Notes: generated by a model from the sequence alone, not told the origin. Shown: positions 21,923 to 31,038, counted from the first letter of the stretch. The stretch is DNA of 64,000 bases from Truepera sp. (GCA_965218435.1 CBDCKW010000005.1:32001-96000), one strand, 5' to 3'. Translations and numbers: made by a program.

Positions 21923-22634
21923 GAAAGAGGTCTCCGAGTGTTTCAGTAAGGGGAACCAGCTGCTCAGTAGGGAAGTGGCCCTCTTCTCTGACCCGCTGCC
22001 AGAGTTCGCCCATCGTGCCGCCCCAGTTGCGGTAGAGCAAGTTCGATGAGCCGTGAGTAAAAGCCGAGGCGAAAAAACCGCTCGAGTACCCTGCGGTGTC
22101 TTTCACACTCAGCGTGTCAGGTAGCGACGTTGACCCTAAACAGACGCCGCTAGTCGAAGTGTTCCAATAGGGCGCAGTGTAGAGCCTCGAGGCTGCGGTG
22201 GGGCGTTCATCGTTGTCTAAAGCCAGCACCCGCAGGCTTCTGTGACCTGCGATAAAGAGCAGGGGAGACTGCGGAAAACTCGAGCCCGAAAGCTGCGTGA
22301 GCAGGGGGTCATTACATGCATAAAACATCACCCGCTCCCTAGCAGGCTCGAACCACACGAGGTTCTCGTTGTTGGCGGCCAGGACGTGCGGCGGCAGCAG
22401 CTCGAGGCCGGACACCGGACTGAGGGCTTGAGAAAGTTCACGGACGGCCTCGACGTTTGCGAGGGTGCCTGGCTCGAGCATAGGTGTCGCGCCGTCGTAA
22501 CGCACTGTGTGGACCGACGCGAAGGTGTCTGCGGGTGCGCCGTAGGTGTCGCAGGCATTTTCGTAGATCAAAATGGCCTTTTTAAGCATGACCTCGTTGT
22601 GATAGCCGAGTTGTACCTGCACGTCGATACTCAT
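21915..22634 (-). CDS. PRTRC protein B (prokaryotic E2 family D)
   Basis: LYTAPYWN....VCLGS with putative catalytic Cys; FF.SAFTH. Confidence 0.8.
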   Translation of the reverse strand: MSIDVQVQLGYHNEVMLKKAILIYENACDTYGAPADTFASVHTVRYDGATPMLEPGTLANVEAVRELSQALSPVSGLELLPPHVLAANNENLVWFEPARERVMFYACNDPLLTQLSGSSFPQSPLLFIAGHRSLRVLALDNDERPTAASRLYTAPYWNTSTSGVCLGSTSLPDTLSVKDTAGYSSGFFASAFTHGSSNLLYRNWGGTMGELWQRVREEGHFPTEQLVPLTETLGDLFHA

Positions 22635-23803
22635 GCCATCGCCTCCAGGGCGTAAAAGAGTGCGTTCGTCTGTTCGAGGATGAGCCTACACACCGTTAGG
22701 GCGTCTTTTAGAGTCGTCAGCGTTTCGGGATCGTCAGGGTCGAAGCCAAGGGCGTAGGTTGGTTGAAAGTCCGTTCCCGCCTGCCAGATCTGCTGCTCAT
22801 ACTCGCCGTAGACCTCCCGCACCAGGTCGTGGTCGCCGCCAAGCGTGACGATAACGCCAAAAGGCAGTTCGCCCTCGATCAGGTCGTCAATGTGCCGGTC
22901 GCGTTCAGGGAGCGCCCCTTGCAGTTCAGCAAGTTTTTCCAGCGCTGTGATGATGGGCAATGCCTGCTCGAGCTTCTCAGTGCAGAGACCCCTACACCTC
23001 TCGAGGCTTAAAGCGCCGTGTTCCTGGTAGCGGGGCTCGAGGCGCGCATCGACCTTTTGGCTGGTCAGGAAGTGTTCCTGGGCGTAGGCAACGACATCCT
23101 CGTGGGTAAAAGCTTCTTTCCTGTCGCTGAACTGGTACCCGAGTTCTTCCTCGGCTTCTTCCAGCAACATACTGTCGTCGTCCATTCCTTGCCAGTAGTG
23201 CCAGCGGATGATGTCTTTGGCGACTTCGGGTGTAAACGCCGGGGTCAGGTCGAGCGTGCGGTAGACGTGCCCGAGGATGCTCGGGCCGAGCTGCGGCTCC
23301 AGCTTGTCGAACGCCGTCGCCGCCGCGTCAAAGGAGATGACCGGAACGCCGCCGACGAATACCAGCAGGTAGTGACGCCCTTGTTCCTCGAACTTTGCGA
23401 CCCGAAATGCGAGGTCGAATCCCGGATAGCCGAGGCTGTTGCCGAGCGTTCGGGTGATGGCCTTCTCGATGAGTGCGTTCGGGCTGCTGTAGGGCGCGTC
23501 GTCGCACTCGTGGACGAGTCCGACCTCGAGTAGCCTCAGCGCGAGCTGAGCCGAGGCAGCCTGCTCATTGTCAAGGCTGTAGTGCGAGGGGACACCCTCC
23601 AGCCGGGGAAGCGCTAGTCCAGCATAGGCAGGGAGGATGAAGGTGGGCGTTTGGCGGGTTTTCCTGTCCGACTGCTCAGCCGGGCGAGAAGCTGACCGAC
23701 GGCCTGCGCGTGCGGGTCCTTGAGGTAAGCCTGCACGAGGGGTGGGTTGTGCGTTTTGCCCGAGGTGCTCCGGGCGAGTTTCTCTTCGAGTGGGGACACG
23801 CAT
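22631..23803 (-). CDS. PRTRC protein F-like
   Basis: ALPRL.GVP, FTP....D....YWQG..D; coupled upstream of the E2 gene; SD AAGGAGG. Confidence 0.65.
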   Translation of the reverse strand: MRVPTRRETRPEHLGQNAQPTPRAGLPQGPARAGRRSASRPAEQSDRKTRQTPTFILPAYAGLALPRLEGVPSHYSLDNEQAASAQLALRLLEVGLVHECDDAPYSSPNALIEKAITRTLGNSLGYPGFDLAFRVAKFEEQGRHYLLVFVGGVPVISFDAAATAFDKLEPQLGPSILGHVYRTLDLTPAFTPEVAKDIIRWHYWQGMDDDSMLLEEAEEELGYQFSDRKEAFTHEDVVAYAQEHFLTSQKVDARLEPRYQEHGALSLERCRGLCTEKLEQALPIITALEKLAELQGALPERDRHIDDLIEGELPFGVIVTLGGDHDLVREVYGEYEQQIWQAGTDFQPTYALGFDPDDPETLTTLKDALTVCRLILEQTNALFYALEAMA

Positions 23804-23826
23804 AAGCCTCCTTTGGCAGATAAATG

Positions 23827-23848
23827 CAGGGCAACCGAAGTTGCCCTG
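23827..23848 (-). terminator. cUUCGg-tetraloop hairpin between the RES toxin and PRTRC F
   Basis: 9-bp perfect stem CAGGGCAAC/GTTGCCCTG; weak U tract, so may be a processing or stability hairpin. Confidence 0.45.
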
Positions 23849-23928
23849 GAAACTTATACCCAGGTTCTAAATGCACATTACGGCTTGGCTGAGACTGACT
23901 TTAAGCTGCACCTCGAGCCGTGTGCCAA

Positions 23929-24414
23929 TCAACGTCCTTCATTGGCAAGTCGTGCGTCGAAGCGGAAAGACCGGGGAGCCTCGATGGTCAGCTCTGTGAA
24001 CTGCGGGTGTTCGGGGTTGAGCAGATAGTTCCGTTCCTCGGGCACGATGACGCTGGGGACGGCTAAGGCGACGCTCGCCTGCGCCGCCAGCCACGCATCC
24101 CCAACTCGCCTCGCACCGTCGCTGACCGCCCTTACCTGCCAGTCTTCGGGCAAGTCCTGCTGGCGCAGCTCGAGAACGAGCCGTTCGGGAATCGCGAGCT
24201 TGAAAACCACGTACTCCCGCTCGAAGCGCCGCCTGTCGGCGTGAACCAGCGTTTCCAGCGCGGCGAGTGACAAACTCCCACTGACGTAGACAACGCGTCT
24301 ACCCGGTGTGTTCCAGCGTCCGCCGAAACGCCGTGCGCCTTCACCGTTAAAGGCGTCGGCTCGGCTGCCATACCTGGATCTGACGAGTCGCCAAGCCGTG
24401 AACACCTCAGCCAC
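23929..24414 (-). CDS. RES-domain toxin (MbcT/ParT-like)
   Basis: GEGARRFGGRWN, VYVS.SLSLAALE, VPSVIVP.E.NYLLNP.HP. Confidence 0.92.
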   Translation of the reverse strand: MAEVFTAWRLVRSRYGSRADAFNGEGARRFGGRWNTPGRRVVYVSGSLSLAALETLVHADRRRFEREYVVFKLAIPERLVLELRQQDLPEDWQVRAVSDGARRVGDAWLAAQASVALAVPSVIVPEERNYLLNPEHPQFTELTIEAPRSFRFDARLANEGR

Positions 24415-24434
24415 AAAGGTCGTTGAAACGCCGG

Positions 24435-24869
24435 TTAACTGTAAATGCCGTAGTCGATCCGCCCGAGCAGGTTCTCGACCTCTCTTGCGCCGATCTCGGT
24501 ATCGGCGTAGCCCAGCGGCGTGAGGTTGCCCAGGCTCAGATTTGGTGTTTTAAGCCACGCCGCTGCGTCACCGACGTCTTCAAATACCTGTGCGGCGCGC
24601 TCGAGCAAGTTGGCCAGGCGGAGTACGTGTTCGCTTTCGTCCGGGGCCAACCGGCCTGCACGCTTACGGCGGGTCAACGTGGTTCCGCTGATTCCTGCCA
24701 GGTTTGCAAGCATCGCGTCGCTGACGCCCAGTGCCTCAGCGAGCGTGCGAAAGACCTGAATGGGCAACCCGCTCCTTACGACCTCAATCAGGTCACGTGG
24801 GCGGTTCGTCAGACCTAACGTCTGTAAGACGCCCGTTGACCGAAACGGGGGGGGGACAAATGCATCCAT
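24435..24869 (-). CDS. Xre/MbcA/ParS antitoxin (leaderless)
   Basis: HTH plus WLKTPNLSLG..TPL...GIYS; TAAACT 6 nt before the ATG. Confidence 0.92.
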   Translation of the reverse strand: MDAFVPPPFRSTGVLQTLGLTNRPRDLIEVVRSGLPIQVFRTLAEALGVSDAMLANLAGISGTTLTRRKRAGRLAPDESEHVLRLANLLERAAQVFEDVGDAAAWLKTPNLSLGNLTPLGYADTEIGAREVENLLGRIDYGIYS

Positions 24870-25000
24870 ATGGTTAGTTTAGCATAGCCATGTGAACCGT
24901 AGCAAAAATTTTTGAAACCAAGAAGACGTTTGCAGGTCGTATATACGCATGTAAGGGTTGTTTATACTTTTAGGTGCGAGGATGGCAGGCTGTCGTGCTG

Positions 25001-25453
25001 TCATGGTCGTCGATACTCCCAGATGCTCACGGTGTCGGGCAATGTATCCAGCAGTTTGAGGACTTGGGCTCGAGGTAAACCGCCCTGCCCGATACCAGGG
25101 AAGTTGAGGTAAACCTGTGCTGTAGGGTGGCACTCGCACCAGCGTCGTAGCTTGGTGGCCGCCTCGCTGATAAGGCTGAGCTGGGCCGGGTCTTTCCAGT
25201 GCAATTTCGTCTGAAACGCCCCAAGTCTCGCCTCGGGCCAGCGCGGGCTCACGAGCAGCCCGTAGTGTTTACCTTGCTCGAGAACGACTTTGCCGAGTGC
25301 TTGGTCGAGACCAGGGAAGCGGTCACGGGCTTCTTTAGCAATACCAGCTCCCATCACGAGCTTGCCTTGCAAGGTCAAGGTCGCATTGGCCGCAATGAGA
25401 AAGAGGTCGGCCTCGGAAAAGACCGACCACATATCGCCTTGGCGCAGCTTCAC
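25001..25453 (-). CDS. Stand-alone macro domain (ADP-ribose binding/processing)
   Basis: GD, N...VMGAGIAK...RFP, FQTK.HW, PGIGQGGL; GTG start after SD AAGGAGG. Confidence 0.82.
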   Translation of the reverse strand: MKLRQGDMWSVFSEADLFLIAANATLTLQGKLVMGAGIAKEARDRFPGLDQALGKVVLEQGKHYGLLVSPRWPEARLGAFQTKLHWKDPAQLSLISEAATKLRRWCECHPTAQVYLNFPGIGQGGLPRAQVLKLLDTLPDTVSIWEYRRP

Positions 25454-25633
25454 GTTGCACCTCCTTGAAGCTATGCTGCACCCTAAAGTGCAAAGCTGCT
25501 TTATGAGGTTGTAGCAAGGCGGCTTTGGAGCCGCTTGCAAGAGGGTATCGAGACGTTTCTACAGCGTTTTGGAAAAGACTTTTCAGGCATGGCAGACCGA
25601 CGTCCTTTTGGAAATCTTAGCCCCAGAGTAAAC

Positions 25634-28023
25634 GCTGGGTAAAGAAGTGGCATTACTGCCACTCCCTCCCCTAAGAACCGGACGTGCGAGTTTCCCCGCA
25701 TCCGGCTCAAGCTGTTCAAAGCCCCGGTGTTGGGGCCAGTTTCACAGCGTCGAATCGTCGGCTATGAATCTGACTATGGCAGTTGGGATGGATCATCAGC
25801 AAGTTGGATTGTCGATTATCACCGCCGCTGGCTCGTGGGATAATGTGATGGACATGCCATCCCTGTTCTCCCGTAAGCTTTTGGCGGCATACCGGACATG
25901 TTCCTCCTTGTTTTAGCCAAAGGGAACGCAACCTCTGTCGTCCGTCTAGTGAGGTCCTCATTTTGAAGGTCAAACGCTCTTCAAAGTAGGCTTCCCACCG
26001 GGGGTCGAACGGGTTGGCCTCCGTTTTGACCTTGATGTGTCGCTTAATGGGTACGTCGCCTGCGTTAAACAGTCTTGTCCATTGAGGCGTTCCATCGTTT
26101 AGGGTTTCCCCTGTTTTCGCCGCGAATACCCAGTTCCGGCTTCCCTTAGAGATGAAGTATTTATCCTTCAACCAGTGAGTGCCTTTGCCAGGATGACGGC
26201 GTTTTATCCAGCGCCATAGGGTTTGCCAAAGCTCTTTATTCACTGACTGAAACGTTTCGCTAGCAACAACATGTCTGTGATAGTTTGCCCATCCGCGTAT
26301 CACCGGGTTGAGTTGTTTAATCACATGGCTTTGTTTTGCCGTTGGCTGACGTTTCACGATTTCTCTGACTTTATCCAAGAACGTCTTGACGCTCTCTTTT
26401 GACGGCTTAATGAGTAGCTTGCCGTCGTACTTGCGGATATTTTGCCCTAAGAAATCGAACCCCTCTTCGATATGGGTGATTTTGGTTTTCTCTTGCGAGA
26501 GTTCCAAACCCCGAGCTGCCAGAAACTTGGTAATCAGGGGTTTAACTTCATTTTCTAACAACTCTTTTGAGTAGCCAGTCACAATGAAGTCGTCTGCATA
26601 CCGAATCAGATTGACCTTCTAGGTGAATCGTTTTCCATCAACCGTTTTCCGTTTGAAGCCTTTGGTTAACAGGCATTCGAGGTCATCCAGGGTCATATTC
26701 ATCAACGTTGGCGAGATGGGGCCGCCCTGCGGTGTCCCTGCCTCTGTTGGGTAGAGGGTCTTGTTGTCAATGAACCCAGCCTTCAGCCACTTGCGGAGCG
26801 TTACCTTGTCCGTGGGGATATGGTTCAGCATCCACTCGTGCTGAATCGTGTCGAAGCAGGCTTTGATGTCACCTTCCAGAATCCACTGAGCAGACGCTTT
26901 TGTTCCGAGGGAGTTAAAGCACCCTTCAATGGCGTCTGCCGTGCTTCGTTCTGGCCTGAACCCATACGAGTTCTTATCCGCTGTGGTCTCCGCGACGGGT
27001 TCGAGAGCCAGCAGGTAAAGTGCCTGCATCGCTCTATCCTTCATCGTGGGAATACCCAGCGGGCGCATCTTGCCATTGCTCTTAGGGATCCCGCCTCAGC
27101 GGGCTTGGTTTGTAACCATGCCGTTTGAGGGACACGATGGCTTGAGATTTGGCCGCCGGGGTGGACCAGGTTGCCCCGTCTACACCCGGCGTGTTCTTGC
27201 CTTGATTCTCCGTCACTCGCCTGACAGCTAAAGCTTTGGCCGAGAACGAGTGGGTCAGCGTCCACTGCAAGGCTTTCACCTTGCCATGTCGGCCTTCCTG
27301 TGTCGCCTTTACAATACGCGCCTGGAGTTTCCTCACCGTTTGGTAGCACTTGGCCCAGTCGATGCTGTGCCAGTCCACGTTTGAGTGGGAGGATGCACAC
27401 GCTTTAGCGTTCATTTGCCTTTCCTCCTTAAGAGATTCTTCAAGCTCCCTTGTAACGAACAACCATACGGAAGTCTGCCCGCTTTCGCGTGGGGTGATGT
27501 CGCGGCTGCTCAACCCCTATCTGCCCCATTACAGAGCAGCGTTCGCTTTCTCCGCGCTCCTCTACCCACAGCCCTATCGGCCCGCCTTGCGGCTTGCTTT
27601 CCTTTACAGGAGGACTATGGGCTTACCGTGTTTCATCTAAGTAACAACGATGGGTTAGACCCTGCCTCTTCACCGGTGGCCGTTTTATCCGTGTAACCCC
27701 AGCCAAGAACAGGGTTAACTGAGCCACGTACCTTTTGGTTCAAGCCTGTCAGCGTCTTTGGCTTGTTCTTGATGACGATGTTTATCAGCAGTTCACATGT
27801 GTTGGTCATACCATCGAGCCCAGTCCCCTGACCGCTTTACGCTAGCAGCCAACGCTTTTACCTCACGGTTCGTGCGTAATCTTTCGATTCGGGTACTCTT
27901 TTCTCGGCAGCTTCACACCAGAGCGTTACCACCCTCGCATGTGCCGATAGGCTACTGTTGACGGAACAACAGGTTTTGTCGTCAGAGACGCAAAACAATT
28001 ACTTAGACGACTTCACGTCGCAC
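25634..28023 (-). mobile_element. Group II intron (IIB, chloroplast-like class 1)
   Basis: 5' end GTGCG; domain V GAGCCGGATGCGGGGAAACTCGCACGTCCGGTTC; domain VI ending TTACCCAGC; inserted 8 nt after the stop of 28032-28580. Confidence 0.9.
25716..27414 (-). pseudogene. ltrA: Intron-encoded RT/maturase/HNH endonuclease, inactivated
   Basis: RVT_N, TPGVDG, GTPQGG, RYADDF and HNH motifs; frameshift near 27090 and TAG at 26619-26621. Confidence 0.9.
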
Positions 28024-28031
28024 CCTGACCT

Positions 28032-28580
28032 TCAAGCCGCACGGAGCACCTCCACCTCGGGCAGCTCGCCCGCTACCAAAGCTTCCCTGACGGCTTTCTC
28101 CAGGTTGACGACCGCGAGCTTGAGTTCGTAGGCGTGAAGCCGCTGCGAGCGGAGCTTCTTGACCATCTCCTCAGCGAGTGCGTGCTCCCACAGCCAAGTC
28201 TTCCACGACTCGTGGAGCGGCAGCCGGAGCTGTTTGGACAACAGTGTGTAGAAGCGCCCCGGCAGGTCCTCTTCGTGTTCGCAGATGACCAGCTCGCCGC
28301 GCAGCACGGTTTTCGAGAGCAGGAGGCCGTGAAACGCGCCGGACGGGAGGCGTTCGGTCAGCAGCTTGCCGCCGTCTCGTGGGTTCATGCGGACGCTGTA
28401 GGTCCTCACCTCGTTATGGAGGACGGTGGTTTCGCCTTTCATGAGGCGCGCCCAGATAGCCTTGACCGCCTCGCGTGAGCCGACCAGCGATAGGAGGTGA
28501 GCGTAGCTTTCTCTGCCGGTGCCGAACACGGCCTCGTCGACGTGACACGCAAAGCCTTTGGTCTTTAGCAGCGGGACCAC
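28032..28580 (-). CDS. Hypothetical protein (mobile-element type)
   Basis: 182-aa ORF with LSLVGS.EAVKAIWA.L and LPLHESW..WLW; function not recognised. Confidence 0.7.
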   Translation of the reverse strand: MVPLLKTKGFACHVDEAVFGTGRESYAHLLSLVGSREAVKAIWARLMKGETTVLHNEVRTYSVRMNPRDGGKLLTERLPSGAFHGLLLSKTVLRGELVICEHEEDLPGRFYTLLSKQLRLPLHESWKTWLWEHALAEEMVKKLRSQRLHAYELKLAVVNLEKAVREALVAGELPEVEVLRAA

Positions 28581-28584
28581 GGCT

Positions 28585-28755
28585 TTACCGTTCGGGCCAG
28601 AGCGACAACCAGCGAGTACCGTAACGTGCGGCGGCGCGCCGATGTGCGGGACGAGCCGCGGAGAGTGTCGTAAAGCGCCGGGTGCAGCCTGTTTTGCGGT
28701 AGGTGAGCACCCAACCTTTTGCCTGTCCAGCTATCGTATGGGCGACTTGGTTCAT
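28585..28755 (-). CDS. Small basic hypothetical protein (56 aa, below the ORF-track cutoff)
   Basis: SD GGAAGGTG, then MNQVAHTIAGQAKGWVLTYRK...WPER*; ends 4 nt before the next start. Confidence 0.45.
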   Translation of the reverse strand: MNQVAHTIAGQAKGWVLTYRKTGCTRRFTTLSAARPAHRRAAARYGTRWLSLWPER

Positions 28756-28948
28756 ATGAGGCACCTTCCTTTCGAGAAGTTGCCCCCATGCTGCTCGTGT
28801 TAGCGAGCGTCCTTTTTAAGTTGTAGGCGAGCTTAGCGTTCAGAATTGGTTGTGCGTCTGCTTGCGGCGCTTGGTCCGGCGAAAGACGAACCACAAAGGA
28901 AACGACACGAACCAGAAGAACGTCAAGCCCGTGTCGACGATGCTTTGT

Positions 28949-29440
28949 CTAATTGAGGTTCCCCTGCGCCGCTCGCCTTTTGAGCAGCCCGTCGATACGC
29001 CGGACGATGCTGTCAAGCGTCGCCTGCGCTTCATTGGAGTCTTGCAAGCTCACCTGCACGTCGTTCTCGCCGAACTCGAGCCGGGGCTCGCCGTTACCCA
29101 GCCACTCACGCACGAAGGTCAAACCCTGCACGTAACCGCTGAGCTGCGCGACCTTGGTCTCGAGGGTCAGGTAGAGCGCCAGTTCATCTCGCTCGAACGC
29201 TCTACTACGCTCGGCCTTAAGGCGTTCGAGCGCGATCTGAGCGTCTTCGAGGCTCCGGTCGAGTTCAGGCAAGATGCCGTCCAGTTCGTCTAAATCGTCA
29301 CGGTAGCCTTCACCTGGCAGCGCGCTGCCGAGGATAAACACCTCATCGTCCGCTTCATAATAGACCTGGCGTTTGACATCGTGCTCGTCCTCGGTCTCGA
29401 ACAGCCCGTCTCGGTCTTTATCTTTCATGAGCTTTAGCAT
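28949..29440 (-). CDS. Acidic coiled-coil hypothetical protein
   Basis: SD GAGGAG; heptad-like LDELDGILPELDRSLEDAQIALERL. Confidence 0.7.
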   Translation of the reverse strand: MLKLMKDKDRDGLFETEDEHDVKRQVYYEADDEVFILGSALPGEGYRDDLDELDGILPELDRSLEDAQIALERLKAERSRAFERDELALYLTLETKVAQLSGYVQGLTFVREWLGNGEPRLEFGENDVQVSLQDSNEAQATLDSIVRRIDGLLKRRAAQGNLN

Positions 29441-29555
29441 AACGTTGTCTCCTCGTTTGGGTGTAAGAAAGGGAGAAGAACCTAAACCAGGTTTAGGTTC
29501 AGGTTCTTCGTCGACACGTTATACGAGATAACGTGCCCGCCTGAGTGCTCAGGTC

Positions 29556-30857
29556 TTAGGCAGCGTTCACAGTCTGCTCGAGCGTCTTAAAGCCGTCCAT
29601 GATGCTCGGGATCATCCGGGCATTCGTGGCCGCTTCAAGTCTCGCGTGGGCAAGAGCTGCGACAACACCTTTCGGCGCTTTACGATCACTTTGCTTGAGC
29701 TGCGTTTCAAGCAAGGTGACGATGGTCTCGGGCACGTCGGCTTCCGCTTCGTCCCTGGCCTCGGCATCATCGGCTTTGATAAGCTCACGTCGAGCTTTTA
29801 CCTCAGCGGTGACTTTCTCGGCCGTTTTGCGACCTTCGAGCCATGCGTCCGATGGTGCTTCTATGGGCCAGCGAGGACCCTGGGTACGTGGTGCCGGTTG
29901 TACCCTGATAGGTTTCGCCAACTCCGCTGCCCAGTAACCTGCACTCCCACCGCGACCACCTTTCTGCGGCGGCAGCGGGGGCACGAAGTCACTTACCTTC
30001 GGCCCGCCTGCCAGCTCAGCTAACGCGTCCTGGTAACTTGCTTCACCCGCTTCGGAGACAAGCTCGTCGGCACGTTCGGCGACCAGAGCGCGTTCTTCGA
30101 TGTCGTCTTCATCACCAAAGTGGGGTGACAGAAGCGGATCGAGGTTGCGGCTGGTGTCTCTGACAAACCGCGCGTGCTCAAAGCTCGGGGCTGAAGCACC
30201 GAACAAAGAAACGCGGCGTATCGGATCACGGGCGTCGAGTTCGGCGGCTTCTTTCCAGGTGATGTCGGCCTTGTACCCAAGACGCTGTATCACCCCGAAG
30301 TCCCGACCGCTGTTCTGCATGAAGTCTTCTTCAAGGTCCCACGGCGCGACTTTGGTCAGCGTAAGTGACCTGGTCAGCGGGTGGGTGCGTTTGACGAGCG
30401 TGTGCCAGCCATTTCTGGAGGCGGACTGCTCATCCCACAGCTCTCGAAGAAGCTCTTTGAGAACGCGGCGGTGGTTTCTCTTGCAGCGGAGGTCTAAACG
30501 ACCCGAAGCTGCTGCGGGGGCGACTTTGTTCACCACGAACTTGGCGAAGTTCGGATTGTTACGCAGCCGCTGCCCGAACTCTTTCCTGACCATCTGCTCA
30601 CGCGAACGCCGGTTGACGTCGTCAGCAGAGGACGAGTAAAAAGAGAAGAGCACCACATCCGAATTCACGAGGCGGACGAGGAGCCTCATGGCGAGAGGGC
30701 GGACGTCATCGGGACAGACAAGTCGAACGTTTCCGTCCAACACATCTGCTGCTCTCTTACGAGCTTCCTGGGCAAACTTGGCGTCTGCCTGATAGCGCCC
30801 CAGAAACCCTTTGACACTCTGACCAAACACAAACGTATCCTCCTGCTGGTTTTGCAT
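29556..30857 (-). CDS. Orphan 433-aa protein
   Basis: Start placed at ATG 30857 after SD AGAAAGGGG; long ORF, no confident family. Confidence 0.75.
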   Translation of the reverse strand: MQNQQEDTFVFGQSVKGFLGRYQADAKFAQEARKRAADVLDGNVRLVCPDDVRPLAMRLLVRLVNSDVVLFSFYSSSADDVNRRSREQMVRKEFGQRLRNNPNFAKFVVNKVAPAAASGRLDLRCKRNHRRVLKELLRELWDEQSASRNGWHTLVKRTHPLTRSLTLTKVAPWDLEEDFMQNSGRDFGVIQRLGYKADITWKEAAELDARDPIRRVSLFGASAPSFEHARFVRDTSRNLDPLLSPHFGDEDDIEERALVAERADELVSEAGEASYQDALAELAGGPKVSDFVPPLPPQKGGRGGSAGYWAAELAKPIRVQPAPRTQGPRWPIEAPSDAWLEGRKTAEKVTAEVKARRELIKADDAEARDEAEADVPETIVTLLETQLKQSDRKAPKGVVAALAHARLEAATNARMIPSIMDGFKTLEQTVNAA

Positions 30858-31003
30858 GTCTTTCCCCTTTCTTACAACTGAGTTCAGACAGACCTGAGAC
30901 TTGGTAGTTTGGCCTATCTGCTGTGAGCCTAGCAAACCCTGGAAATCCCTGTGCTGTTTAGGTGCGTAAGGGACGCAAAAACGGCGTACACGCAGCAAAG
31001 GAT

Positions 31004-31032
31004 TTGCACCCCGATAGAGTTGGTGCTACACT
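31004..31032 (+). promoter_or_regulatory. Sigma70-type promoter for a putative antisense sRNA
   Basis: TTGCAC-N17-TACACT with extended -10 TGn. Confidence 0.65.
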
Positions 31033-31038
31033 CTAGGG

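Noticed and set aside
25716..27414. Retron, DGR or defence-associated reverse transcriptase
   Set aside because: RVT_N, maturase and HNH domains plus domain V/VI RNA identify a group II intron. No TR/VR pair or msr-msd is visible.
30858..30998. N-terminal extension of the orphan ORF to TTG 30998
   Set aside because: A clear SD precedes ATG 30857, and the extension coincides with the structured leader.
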